From the NCBI GenBank assembly GCA_050184225.1, contig JBFXAN010000007.1, positions 1,141-65,140 of the forward strand: a DNA stretch of 64,000 bases, in the 5' to 3' direction. Source of the DNA: Dehalococcoidia bacterium (lineage in GTDB: Bacteria > Chloroflexota > Dehalococcoidia > CAUJGQ01). The position numbers and the translations under genes were made by a program. Shown in pieces: positions 28,333 through 37,673 of the stretch (position 1 is its first letter; each line of letters opens with the position of its first letter). The notes under the pieces were generated by a model, which was given only the letters and a program-made list of their open reading frames with translations, ran no database searches and was not told the origin of the DNA.

Positions 28333-29729
28333 AGCAACCGATATCACTCACGATCGATGCGCCGCTGTACGCACAACTGGAGCAGCATCTCTTCCCTGGC
28401 GATCGGGATGAGCACGGGGCGGTGATCGCCGCCGGCATCGCCGAGACCGGTCGGGGCACCCGCCTCCTCGCCAGAGGACTGTTCCTGGCGCGCGACGGCA
28501 TTGACTACGTTCCGGGCACACGGGGCTACCGCGCCCTCACGCCACGCTTCGTGGCGGAGACGGTCGAACACTGCGCCAGGGAGAACCTTTGTTACCTGGC
28601 CGTCCATAATCACGGCGGCGGGGACCAGGTGCGCTTCTCCCTGCAGGATCTCGCTTCGCACCGTCGAGGCTACCCGGCCCTGCTCGACATCACCTACGGG
28701 GGGCCAGTGGGTGCGCTCGTCCTCACGCCGGCGGCTGCTGCCGGTGACATCTGGACGCCCGACGGACGCCGCTCTCTCAGCCACCTGCGCGTTGTGGGAC
28801 CGCGCGCCCGTACCCTGTATCCGGCGCCACCCCGGCGCCCTGATCACGCCGACCCGATGTACGACCGGCACGCACGCCTATTTGGTGATGTCGGTCAGGC
28901 GATCCTCGGCGGGCTGAAGGTGGGGATCATCGGTCTGGGCGGTGGCGGCTCGTTGGTGAATGAGTGGCTGGCGCGACTCGGCATTGGCCATATCGTCGCC
29001 ATTGACTTCGACCGGGTGGAGCTGTCGAACCTGCCACGCATCGTCGGGGCGACCCGCCGTGACGCGGCGGTGGGACGCTACAAGGTCGACGTGGCGCGCC
29101 GCGTCGCCCGCCAGGCGAACCCACGCATTCGCTTCGACGCCGTCGTCGGCGACATCCTTGATGAACCGACCGCTCGCCGTCTGACGGACGTGGACTTCCT
29201 CATGCTCGCCAGCGACACCATCCAGAGCCGGCTGGTCTTCAACGCGCTCGTCCACCAATACCTGATCCCTGGTGTGCAGATCGGAGCGAAGGTCCGCACC
29301 GACCGCACCACGCGTCAGGTGACGGAGATCCACACCGCAACGCGGCCGGTGTTGCCGGCCGCCGGCCACGGCTGCCTGGAGTGCCACGACCTCATTCCGG
29401 CCGCGCGGCTGAGTGAGGAGGCGCTGAGCGAGGGTGAGCGGCGGGCACAACGATATGTCGAAGATGAGACGGTCGCTGAGCCGAGTGTGATTGCCCTGAA
29501 CGTGCTGTCGGCGGGCCAGGCCGTTGCCGACCTGATGCTGATGTTCACCGGTTTGTACGAAGGCATCGAGGCGCTGCCTCATCAACTGCACTTCGTCAGG
29601 GAACGGGCGCTTAACGAGGTAACACCACACGCGAACCCGACCTGCTTGGATTGCAGTACACACTCGCGGAGCCGGCGGGCACGCGGAGACCGGATGCGGT
29701 TACCCTGCCGTGCCCCGTCGTCCAACTGA
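28329..29729 (+). CDS. JAB/JAMM peptidase fused to ThiF/E1-like adenylating enzyme
   Basis: JAB part: DEHGAVIAAG...AVHNHGGGDQVRFSLQD. E1 part: VGIIGLGGGGSLVNEWLARLGIGHIVAIDFDRVELSNLPR with CLECH...CLDC pairs. The ATGA overlaps the E2 stop. Confidence 0.8.
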   Translation: MKQPISLTIDAPLYAQLEQHLFPGDRDEHGAVIAAGIAETGRGTRLLARGLFLARDGIDYVPGTRGYRALTPRFVAETVEHCARENLCYLAVHNHGGGDQVRFSLQDLASHRRGYPALLDITYGGPVGALVLTPAAAAGDIWTPDGRRSLSHLRVVGPRARTLYPAPPRRPDHADPMYDRHARLFGDVGQAILGGLKVGIIGLGGGGSLVNEWLARLGIGHIVAIDFDRVELSNLPRIVGATRRDAAVGRYKVDVARRVARQANPRIRFDAVVGDILDEPTARRLTDVDFLMLASDTIQSRLVFNALVHQYLIPGVQIGAKVRTDRTTRQVTEIHTATRPVLPAAGHGCLECHDLIPAARLSEEALSEGERRAQRYVEDETVAEPSVIALNVLSAGQAVADLMLMFTGLYEGIEALPHQLHFVRERALNEVTPHANPTCLDCSTHSRSRRARGDRMRLPCRAPSSN

Positions 29730-30008
29730 TTCGCGCCAATCGGAGCCGACTATATCCGCAGAATCGACCTTCTGCGTCATGACTGGCCGCCGAACCATTC
29801 ACACGGCGCAGCGCATGCAAGTTACGGCAACGTGTCCATCGTATCGAAACCTACATCGCCAACAACGTCTCCCACGACTCCCGAATCCGTCCTAGGGAGG
29901 GTATGTAGTCCGCCCCTGTCTCCTACCGCCGATCACAGACTTCCATTCGCGCGGCGTGTTGACGCCACGCCGAGGACACGGCCATAGTGTGCATCAAGCT
30001 GCAGAGCC

Positions 30009-31751
30009 ATGACCTGTGATCCGACATCACCGCGGGCGGTCGAGCACGAGTCGGGAGGTCGCGCCGTGCCATCCCATTGGAATCAGCTCCTGCGGCAGCA
30101 ACGGGTGGCGGCGGGTCTCAGCCGCGAACAGCTGGCCGCACGGGCTGGGGTCTCGCGTGACACCGTGGTCGCCTACGAACTTGGCCGGCGACCACCCACA
30201 CGGACAACGCTCGTTCGCCTTGCTGGTGCGGCATCGCCGACGACGGCCGAAGCGAATCGGATCGTCGCCGCCGCCGGCTTCCACCCAGAGCCGGACGCTG
30301 ATCTGGCGGTGTTGCATCAGCGCCGACCGGCACCGACCTCACTGGCCGAGGCGGTTCGCGGGTACGATTGGCCGTGCCTGGTCGTCAACGAGCGGATGGA
30401 GATCGTCGGCTGGAATGCGGCCGCGATCCAAGTCGGCGAATGGGACTTTGCCACCCAATCACCCACGCCGCGCGAGCGCAATATGCTGCGGATCGCGGCC
30501 CAGCCGCACTTCCGCCAGCGGGCGCTCAATTGGGACGCGATCGTCAGTGACCTGCTCGGGCTGGTCAAAGGCGAGGCGCCAGAACTCTTGCAGTCGGGCA
30601 CCGCCGACCCCTACTTCCTGGCGGTGGTCAACGACATCGCTACCCACCACAGCGCCGCCCTGCCGGACCTGATGCGGCTCTGGACGGCCGCCACGCCGTA
30701 TGACCCACGCCACCGCAACATCCAGTACCCTCACTGGCGCACCGCCGCCGGTGACGAGTTGCGTTTCAATACGGTGGTCGTGACCTGGAGCGACTTCGAC
30801 GCACTGTACGCCAACGACTGGCAGCCGGCCGATGCGTTCACCTGCGAATGGCTCGCCAATCGACGACTGGCGTCGGTGGGCTCCCAGCCACCCACGTCCA
30901 TCCCGGCCGTGGAACCGGCGGCGGCGCCGACCTGGTTTGCCCGACTGCGGGCAGCGCGCGAACAATCCGGCCTCACGCGCAGGCAGTTGGCCACCCTGAC
31001 GGAACTCCATCCGCGCACGCTAGACAACTGGGAGACGGGCCGGCACACGCCCGACCGCGAGGGCATCCTCCACTTCGCGCGGGCGATGCGGCTCGACGGT
31101 GGCACGACCAACGCCATCCTCGCCGCCGCCGGCCTCGAGCCGGAGCCGTCGGACTGGGCCTTGTTCATCGCCCAGCAATCACTGCGGGTGGCACCCACTC
31201 GTTATGAGCTGCTGGCCGGCCAGCCGCCGGCATCCCTAGCGGAGATTCGGCGGGAGATCGGCGCGCACACCTGGCCCTGCCTGGTAGTGGGACCGGGCTG
31301 TGACATCATCGCCGCCAACGCGCCGCTGGCACGCGTTGTCGGTGGTGACCCGCTGGAGCTACACCGCAACCTGGTGCGCTTCTTCCTCAGCCGGACCGTG
31401 CGCGAGCGGGTGGTCAACTGGGACGAAGTGGTGACGGCGGTCGTACCCAGCACGCTGCGACAGGCGCTCGGCGGTGAGCGGACCACCCCGGCGCTACGCC
31501 CCCTGACAGCGGAACTGGAGCGGGAGGAACCAGGGGTTCTCCCGCAGCTTCAGGCCCTCTGGCACTCTTCGCCGCTCCCGGTGCTCCAGAGTCGGGTCGT
31601 GTTCCCGCTGGTCTGGCGGCACGCCGACGGCACGGCGCTCGCCTTCAACGCGATCATCTCGCTGTGGGACAGTCGCGTGCCGAGCTGGGTGATCGATTGG
31701 CATCCCACTGACGCAGTCACCTGGACCTGGTTGGCTGATCGCACGCGGTAA
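30009..31751 (+). CDS. tandem-duplicated HTH + MmyB-like ligand-binding regulator
   Basis: Two copies of an XRE HTH (GLSREQLAARAGVS; GLTRRQLATLTELH). Each is followed by a WPCLVV...NAA... MmyB-like domain. Confidence 0.7.
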   Translation: MTCDPTSPRAVEHESGGRAVPSHWNQLLRQQRVAAGLSREQLAARAGVSRDTVVAYELGRRPPTRTTLVRLAGAASPTTAEANRIVAAAGFHPEPDADLAVLHQRRPAPTSLAEAVRGYDWPCLVVNERMEIVGWNAAAIQVGEWDFATQSPTPRERNMLRIAAQPHFRQRALNWDAIVSDLLGLVKGEAPELLQSGTADPYFLAVVNDIATHHSAALPDLMRLWTAATPYDPRHRNIQYPHWRTAAGDELRFNTVVVTWSDFDALYANDWQPADAFTCEWLANRRLASVGSQPPTSIPAVEPAAAPTWFARLRAAREQSGLTRRQLATLTELHPRTLDNWETGRHTPDREGILHFARAMRLDGGTTNAILAAAGLEPEPSDWALFIAQQSLRVAPTRYELLAGQPPASLAEIRREIGAHTWPCLVVGPGCDIIAANAPLARVVGGDPLELHRNLVRFFLSRTVRERVVNWDEVVTAVVPSTLRQALGGERTTPALRPLTAELEREEPGVLPQLQALWHSSPLPVLQSRVVFPLVWRHADGTALAFNAIISLWDSRVPSWVIDWHPTDAVTWTWLADRTR

Positions 31752-31882
31752 ATTTCCAGCGCGTGTACAAATCTACGATCGCATTGGTTGACAGGTGCCT
31801 GTTTGTCCGGCAGCATATCCTGCAATGCCGGTGCAATGCATTATGCACACGAACTCGCGGCGACCGAATGTGAGGTAGCTGG

Positions 31883-34800
31883 ATGCGGCGGTTGATGCTT
31901 CTCGCCTCTATGCTTATCGTCGGCCTTTCCCTAAATGTCCGGCTCTTGAATGCCGCGCCCACTGATCTCGATCCGACCTTCGGTCAGGGAGGCGTCGCGA
32001 CGATCACGCCGCCACTCAACGGAACCGGCGGGCCAGTGCGCATCATCACCCAATCGGACGGGAAGATCTTCGCGATTAGCCAAGCCGGGTGGATGTATCG
32101 TGTCCAGGGTGATGGTGCGCCAGATACGACCTTCGGATCCATGCAGCATGGCGTAGCGGCCCTTGCTTTGCCGCCTGATACCACACTATTTGGCGTGACG
32201 ATAGTAGATGCATTTCTCGACAATAATGGCGCGTATGTCATCGTCTTTCAAGGAATTTGTGGTAATGTCTCTTGTTTGGCAATTCTCCGCTATACTAGAT
32301 TCGGCATTCTAGATACATTGTTCGGCAGTAGTGGTGCGATATACTACCAAAATTCCATTGCTTCCGGAGCGATGATGCAACCAGACGGGAAGATTGTTGT
32401 GGCCATTCGCACACAAGACCCTCTGCAGAGCTTCCGTCATGTCGCTTACTTGATTAGATTCAACGTCGATGGCAGCATTGACAATAGCTTCGGATCTAGT
32501 GGACTAGTAGAGTTTGCCTCTGACCCTACTACGTCGGTTACGACATTCGTAGTGGCTATTCAACCAGATGGAAAGATAGTTTCCGCTGGAGATTTTAATA
32601 CCGGAGGGCTACAGAATATACTTCGGATTCGCCGATACAATAGTAGTGGTTCAGTAGACAACTTGTTCGGAGTAAATCAAAGCGGCGCCATTGACATTCC
32701 TGTTAGCTCATCAGAAGCATTTACAGGCCCATATGTCCGAGCAATCCTAATTGATAGCACAGAAGGACTAACTATTGCTGGTAGAGTCAATGACCGTCTG
32801 GATGGCAACTCCAGGGTTCTACTTGTGCAACTGACACCATTGGGAACACCTGTCTCAACTTATGGAACAAGTGGCGTTATTCTTGGTAGTTCATTTCAAC
32901 CCGCTCCCTTCGACTTCGCCATTGATACGAATAACAAAGTAGTTTTGACAACGTTCATTCAAACAAGCAATAACGCTGGGGACATTGTGTCGATACGCTA
33001 CTTGCACAGTGGTCAAGTCGACACCGAGTTTGCCGCGGGAGGTGTCGTACGCACCAGCATTGGTATCGAAGGCCATGGGTCGCATGCAGCTATCTCGATC
33101 CAGCCTGATACTAAAATCGTGGTGGGTGCAGAGGGAACAGCATTCACGCTCGTGCGATATGTTGGTAGCTCCGCTGCAGGACCCACGGGAGCTAGGCTCG
33201 ACTTCACCCAACTGCCGTCGAGCACGGCCACGGCCGGTCAGCCTTTCGCCCAGCAGCCGAAAGTGACGGTGCGAGATGCTAGCGGCAACCCTGTCACGAG
33301 CTACAGCGGCACGGTCACGCTCGCGAAGGCGCCGAGCAGCACCGGACCCGGCAATCTCACCTGCACCGGTGGGCCGGGACCGAACCAGCAGACTGTCGTC
33401 AACGGCGTGGCGTCCTTTGCCGGGTGTGCGTTTGATCAGCCGGGGACCTATTTACTCCGGGCAACGAGTGGGACACTCGCCGCAGCCGACAGTACCGCCG
33501 TTACAGTAACGGGAACGGCACCACTGACGAAGGTTGCGGCTGTGGAGCCCCTGCCCCTCGGTCAGGCCCAAACCTGGACGATTACCGCCACCAACCCCGG
33601 CTCCACGCCCACGTCATCCGTCACCGTCACCGATGTGCTGCCAAGCCAGTATCGGAACCTGCAGGTGCGTTCGAGTGGCTGGAGCTGCAATTCCAGCAGT
33701 CAGACCACCAACAACCAGACGACCAGCCGGGTGACCTGCACCTGGCGCACGCCGCTGGCACCGGGAGCCAGCACCGCACCGATTACCATTCAAGCAGTCG
33801 CCGCAACCTGTGGCACGGCTCCGATCCCCAACACCGCCAGCGTCAGCTTCGCCTACGCAGGGATGTCGGCTCCAACTACGGCGACCGCCAGCGCGATGAC
33901 GACTATTACCTGTTCGGGGACGCCGACTCCCAATCCCTCTGCATCTCCTCCACCATCCCAGCGCCGCTATGCTGCCGGTGGCGATTCGATACCTTTCGGC
34001 GCAGATCTATCCGAGAGCGTTCGCACGGGTCAGAATTATCCGAGCCAGTTGCTTAACAACCATCTCGCCACGCTCAACTTCTCTTCAACCGCCTTCCTGA
34101 ATACCGCCCAAAGTGGCGCGTCGAGCACGAACTATGTTTCGGGTGGTGGCAGCTTTACGCGGCAGCTCGATCCGACTGTGGCACATCGACCAGACCTCAT
34201 CACGATGACTTTGGGTGTCGACAATAAGGTGCTCCCGAGCTTAGTAGAGCAGTGTCTGCCGCTTCTCCAGGCGTTCGACATTGCTGCGACAGTAGCGTGT
34301 GAAAACACAATTCTGAACGACGAGGCCGCCTGGAATACCTTGATAACGGATCTGCAGGTAATCTTCTCCCGTTACTTGCAACTGATGCAGGAGAACCGCC
34401 AACTTCTTGTTGCCGTGACGAACTACTACAATCCGCTGCCCCGCCGGCTCACCGACGACACGATCAGAGCGCTCTGCGACCAGCTCCAGGCCGGTTTCTC
34501 CGGCCGCTGCCGCGAGCAGCTCAACGAGCTCAGCCCGGCGTTTATCGGCGCCAATGCAGTCATCGAACGACTCAACCGCACGATCGAGGGGATGGTCCGG
34601 AGATTCACTCCCTTCGCCGGCGGCCGATTCGTGTTCGTTGATCTCTATCGATCCTTCATCGGGCACTGCACATCGATCAATGCCACCATTGCTGTCACGC
34701 CAGCGGGTGGCAACGCTAGCGGCAACCTGGGTTGCTCAGAGAGCTGGATCGAGCCGGCCTTCCCGATTCAGGGCTCCAAACAGATACCGATTACGGTGGC

Positions 34801-34954
34801 AGGTCAGCAGGTCGTTACCTTCACGGTTGCGCTGATGGGACAGGCGGGGGTGCATCCGAACGCCGCGGGACATCGCTGCATCGCCGCGTTGATTTGGGAA
34901 GCAACCAAAGCCAGGCTTGGCTCATCAGAGCCGGCCAAGCAACCATGTGCTTAG
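31883..34954 (+). CDS. large secreted protein: delta-60-type repeats + Ig-like middle + C-terminal SGNH/GDSL hydrolase
   Basis: Signal peptide, repeated DxxFGxxG...QxDGKIV units, and GGDSIPFG (GDS block) with a later HPNAAGH block. Confidence 0.7.
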   Translation: MRRLMLLASMLIVGLSLNVRLLNAAPTDLDPTFGQGGVATITPPLNGTGGPVRIITQSDGKIFAISQAGWMYRVQGDGAPDTTFGSMQHGVAALALPPDTTLFGVTIVDAFLDNNGAYVIVFQGICGNVSCLAILRYTRFGILDTLFGSSGAIYYQNSIASGAMMQPDGKIVVAIRTQDPLQSFRHVAYLIRFNVDGSIDNSFGSSGLVEFASDPTTSVTTFVVAIQPDGKIVSAGDFNTGGLQNILRIRRYNSSGSVDNLFGVNQSGAIDIPVSSSEAFTGPYVRAILIDSTEGLTIAGRVNDRLDGNSRVLLVQLTPLGTPVSTYGTSGVILGSSFQPAPFDFAIDTNNKVVLTTFIQTSNNAGDIVSIRYLHSGQVDTEFAAGGVVRTSIGIEGHGSHAAISIQPDTKIVVGAEGTAFTLVRYVGSSAAGPTGARLDFTQLPSSTATAGQPFAQQPKVTVRDASGNPVTSYSGTVTLAKAPSSTGPGNLTCTGGPGPNQQTVVNGVASFAGCAFDQPGTYLLRATSGTLAAADSTAVTVTGTAPLTKVAAVEPLPLGQAQTWTITATNPGSTPTSSVTVTDVLPSQYRNLQVRSSGWSCNSSSQTTNNQTTSRVTCTWRTPLAPGASTAPITIQAVAATCGTAPIPNTASVSFAYAGMSAPTTATASAMTTITCSGTPTPNPSASPPPSQRRYAAGGDSIPFGADLSESVRTGQNYPSQLLNNHLATLNFSSTAFLNTAQSGASSTNYVSGGGSFTRQLDPTVAHRPDLITMTLGVDNKVLPSLVEQCLPLLQAFDIAATVACENTILNDEAAWNTLITDLQVIFSRYLQLMQENRQLLVAVTNYYNPLPRRLTDDTIRALCDQLQAGFSGRCREQLNELSPAFIGANAVIERLNRTIEGMVRRFTPFAGGRFVFVDLYRSFIGHCTSINATIAVTPAGGNASGNLGCSESWIEPAFPIQGSKQIPITVAGQQVVTFTVALMGQAGVHPNAAGHRCIAALIWEATKARLGSSEPAKQPCA

Positions 34955-35475
34955 CGGGGTGTGCGGCGGAAGGTAGCGAAGATCAGCTCGCAGGTCCGCC
35001 AATCGCCAGGCGGCCCGGCCACCAGCCAGAACGTACCGTCAGGTTCATTGACGACAATCTGTTCATAGGGATAAAGGCCGGCGACCACAACGTGCCTGCG
35101 CTCGGCGCTCACTCCACCAAGCTTAATTGGCTCCACCCAAGAAAGGCCCTCAGGCGTGACTGCTGCACCGGATGCCTGGACTGAAATGGAACAGGTCACA
35201 TCCCCAATCGAGCGAAAGGCTACGCCATCGTGGGAGTCAACTGTGTACCCGTCTGGATAGTGGACCTCGAAACCATTGCGCTGGTCGGTGTACCGCCGCC
35301 AGGCAGCGGTCTGGCTCTGAACACTCGCTTCATCGGGAAATGGCGGCAGCGGCGCTGGATGAGGTAGGTTGATGTCAAAGGTCATCGGATTACCATTGGC
35401 TCGCAGTAGCATCAACATAAACACGATACAGCTCATCGCTATTACCAAGATTGACACACTTAGAAAGTACTTCAT
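34951..35475 (-). CDS. membrane-anchored hypothetical protein
   Basis: MKYFLSVSILVIAMSCIVFMLMLL signal/anchor. Convergent with the large secreted gene. Confidence 0.45.
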   Translation of the reverse strand: MKYFLSVSILVIAMSCIVFMLMLLRANGNPMTFDINLPHPAPLPPFPDEASVQSQTAAWRRYTDQRNGFEVHYPDGYTVDSHDGVAFRSIGDVTCSISVQASGAAVTPEGLSWVEPIKLGGVSAERRHVVVAGLYPYEQIVVNEPDGTFWLVAGPPGDWRTCELIFATFRRTPR

Positions 35476-35621
35476 ATGTTGTTCCAGTCTCCTAATAATG
35501 AGTATATAGTCTAATGATAGCATTGATCCTTGGTGCCTTCAGCATGAAAACTCAATATCATGCGGTCATTCGACCTTCTGCGACACGGTGGTCGTTGCCC
35601 GGCGGCGTATAATAGGCCTAT

Positions 35622-35861
35622 ATGGCGAAGACCGTTAAACCAATTTCCTATCAGGATGGTGGTGGCAGACCGCTCTTCACGATGCCCGACACGTATCGCG
35701 CCTTCCTCACCCGGGACGGCCGGATGACGATCCCGGCGCCGATTCGCCAGCGGCTGGGCCTCACCCCCGAGAGGACGCTACCGGTGGGCGTCAGCGACGA
35801 TGGCGAGAGCGTCATCGTCACGACCGGCCACCGCCGCACGCTTGCCGACTCACTTGGATGA
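35622..35861 (+). CDS. AbrB/MazE/SpoVT-family DNA-binding protein (orphan antitoxin-like)
   Basis: GRMTIPAPIRQRLGL is a swapped-hairpin motif. A TATAAT lies about 10 nt upstream of the ATG. No convincing toxin partner is present. Confidence 0.6.
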   Translation: MAKTVKPISYQDGGGRPLFTMPDTYRAFLTRDGRMTIPAPIRQRLGLTPERTLPVGVSDDGESVIVTTGHRRTLADSLG

Positions 35862-36087
35862 TCCGGACAGGAACCAGCCTGGCCGCTCCGCTCGCGCCCG
35901 CGGCGCCAGGGGTTCCGCTGACGCATCGGCGGCTTGTTCACCTGCGGCACCAGCTGTCACCCCCTGCCTCGAAGCGGCGCGATGCCGTCTCGTGCCTTCC
36001 TCCACCACATACTAGTGGCCACCTTCCTGGCCGCTTCAATTCGCACCGCGCTGTCGCCTTCGCACACAAAATCGCGCCATGATCAAT

Positions 36088-36116
36088 TTGACATTGTGTA
36101 CACTATGTAGTATATT
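36088..36116 (+). promoter_or_regulatory. sigma70-type promoter with overlapping palindromes for the Phd/PIN operon
   Basis: TTGACA (36088-36093), 17-nt spacer, TATATT (36111-36116). GTGTACAC and GTAGT...ACTAC palindromes overlap it. Confidence 0.45.
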
Positions 36117-36150
36117 CGACACTACGAGAACACCCGTTGAAAGGAGGACT

Positions 36151-36462
36151 ATGGTGGTTAAACGCTATTCATCTCGCGAGGCCAGGGCCAACTTCAGTGA
36201 TATTTTGGGCTTTGTCTACTACACGAAGGAGCCGGTCATTGTCGAGCGGAAAGGCAAGCCATACGCCGTGATGATTAGCCCAGAGCAGTACGACGCTCTC
36301 CAGCAGGAAGAAGCACAAACGTGGCAGCTCATTGATGCGATGCGCCAGCAGAATGCGCCGTTCGACCCTGACGAAATCGAGGCCGCGGTGACCGCGGAGG
36401 TCGAGGCCGTCCGCGAGCGGCGCTACGCGGAGGAGCAGCGAGCTGGTCAGCGCCGTCGTTGA
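36151..36462 (+). CDS. Phd/YefM-family antitoxin
   Basis: YSSREARANFSDILGFV...EPVIVERKGKPYAVMISPEQYDAL, with an AAAGGAGGA RBS. Confidence 0.75.
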   Translation: MVVKRYSSREARANFSDILGFVYYTKEPVIVERKGKPYAVMISPEQYDALQQEEAQTWQLIDAMRQQNAPFDPDEIEAAVTAEVEAVRERRYAEEQRAGQRRR

Positions 36463-36874
36463 TACCAACCCGGTGGTCAGCGGCCTGCTCAGCGACCGCG
36501 GCGCGGCGTACCAGCTCCTCGAAGCCTGGCGCGTCGGCGCCTTCGTCTTGCTCTACTCGGACGCGATCTACGCCGAGTACGCCGACGTGCTGCCACGACC
36601 GAAATTCGCCCGGTACCACCTCACGCCTGAGATCATCGCCGCCTTCCTCCGCCGCGTCAGGCGCCACGGGCGCCGCGTGACGCCACGCCGGCGCCTCCCG
36701 ATCACCGTGCGCGATCCAAAGGACGACATGGTCCTGGCGGCGGCACTCGGTGGGCACGCCGACTATCTCGTCACCGGCGACGCGGACCTCCTCGACCTGC
36801 GCGGCCGTCCTGAACTCGGCACCCTGCAGATTGTTCCCGTGGCCGAATTCCTCGCCATTCTCAAGCAGCCCTAG
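36443..36874 (+). CDS. PIN-domain toxin (probable CTG start)
   Basis: VVDTNPVVSG...RDPKDDMVLAAAL...YLVTGDADLL motifs. The first catalytic Asp lies upstream of any ATG/GTG/TTG. GGAGGAG lies 7 nt before CTG 36443. Confidence 0.7.
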   Translation: MVSAVVDTNPVVSGLLSDRGAAYQLLEAWRVGAFVLLYSDAIYAEYADVLPRPKFARYHLTPEIIAAFLRRVRRHGRRVTPRRRLPITVRDPKDDMVLAAALGGHADYLVTGDADLLDLRGRPELGTLQIVPVAEFLAILKQP

Positions 36875-37141
36875 CTGCTTCCAGTGCATCGTCCGCAGGG
36901 AGCACCGGCGTCCTTCGCCAGTTCGATCGCTCTCATCACCGCTCCCCTCGTGGCTTCGCCACCAGGGGCCCCCGCCAACCAACCCACCCGCACCGGACCA
37001 GCGGCACCACCCTCGCCACCGCTGGTGGCTTCAGGGCGTGCCTTCCACCCGCTCATCTCGTTGCACGAGTCGGCACGGTGCAGGGGTGCGCGATCACCGC
37101 CTTAAGATACCCTTAACACCGTTGTTGGTATCCTCGGCGGC

Positions 37142-37528
37142 ATGTCATCACCGGAACGGGGTTCCGGTCCCGGTCAGCCGGAACAACCCAGCCCACCTGA
37201 GTCCGAACCGCCGCCGTACTATCGTGCCGCGCGCTTCACCGACGAGCGGACCGCCGCCGGCGTCTATCGCCGTGCCGAGCAGACGATCCATCGCACGCCG
37301 TGTGACCTCTCTGCGTATCGGTTTCTGCTCGACCAGGTCTCCCATGTCGCCCTAATCGGTGCGCCACCGCCACCGCAACTCGACCAGGTGCTCGCCGATC
37401 TCTTCGCGGCGGGCGAGCCGGCCACCCTCCCCTCAGAGGTTCTCCGTCAGCTCTCCGAACGCCGGGCACAGGCCAGCCGGATCGGCCCGTGGGTCGAAGG
37501 GCATTACCGGCCCGGCCGACGACTCTGA
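37142..37528 (+). CDS. hypothetical protein
   Basis: 128-aa ORF. No family recognised. Confidence 0.35.
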   Translation: MSSPERGSGPGQPEQPSPPESEPPPYYRAARFTDERTAAGVYRRAEQTIHRTPCDLSAYRFLLDQVSHVALIGAPPPPQLDQVLADLFAAGEPATLPSEVLRQLSERRAQASRIGPWVEGHYRPGRRL

Positions 37529-37673
37529 GGGGGCGACGATCTCTCCCCCGCACCTGACACCTTCCATCGCTTGATAACACTTGACGAGACTATTGCATTG
37601 ATTCGTATAATAAGTACATACACCAACTTGCGGTTGTAATTGACAAAGTTGGATCAAGTTATACAGCGAAACT

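Noticed and set aside
35858-36082. 74-aa ORF downstream of the AbrB-type gene as its toxin partner.
   Set aside because: It is Pro/Ala/Arg-rich with no toxin motif (PIN, MazF or Doc). It is probably non-coding leader DNA of the next operon.
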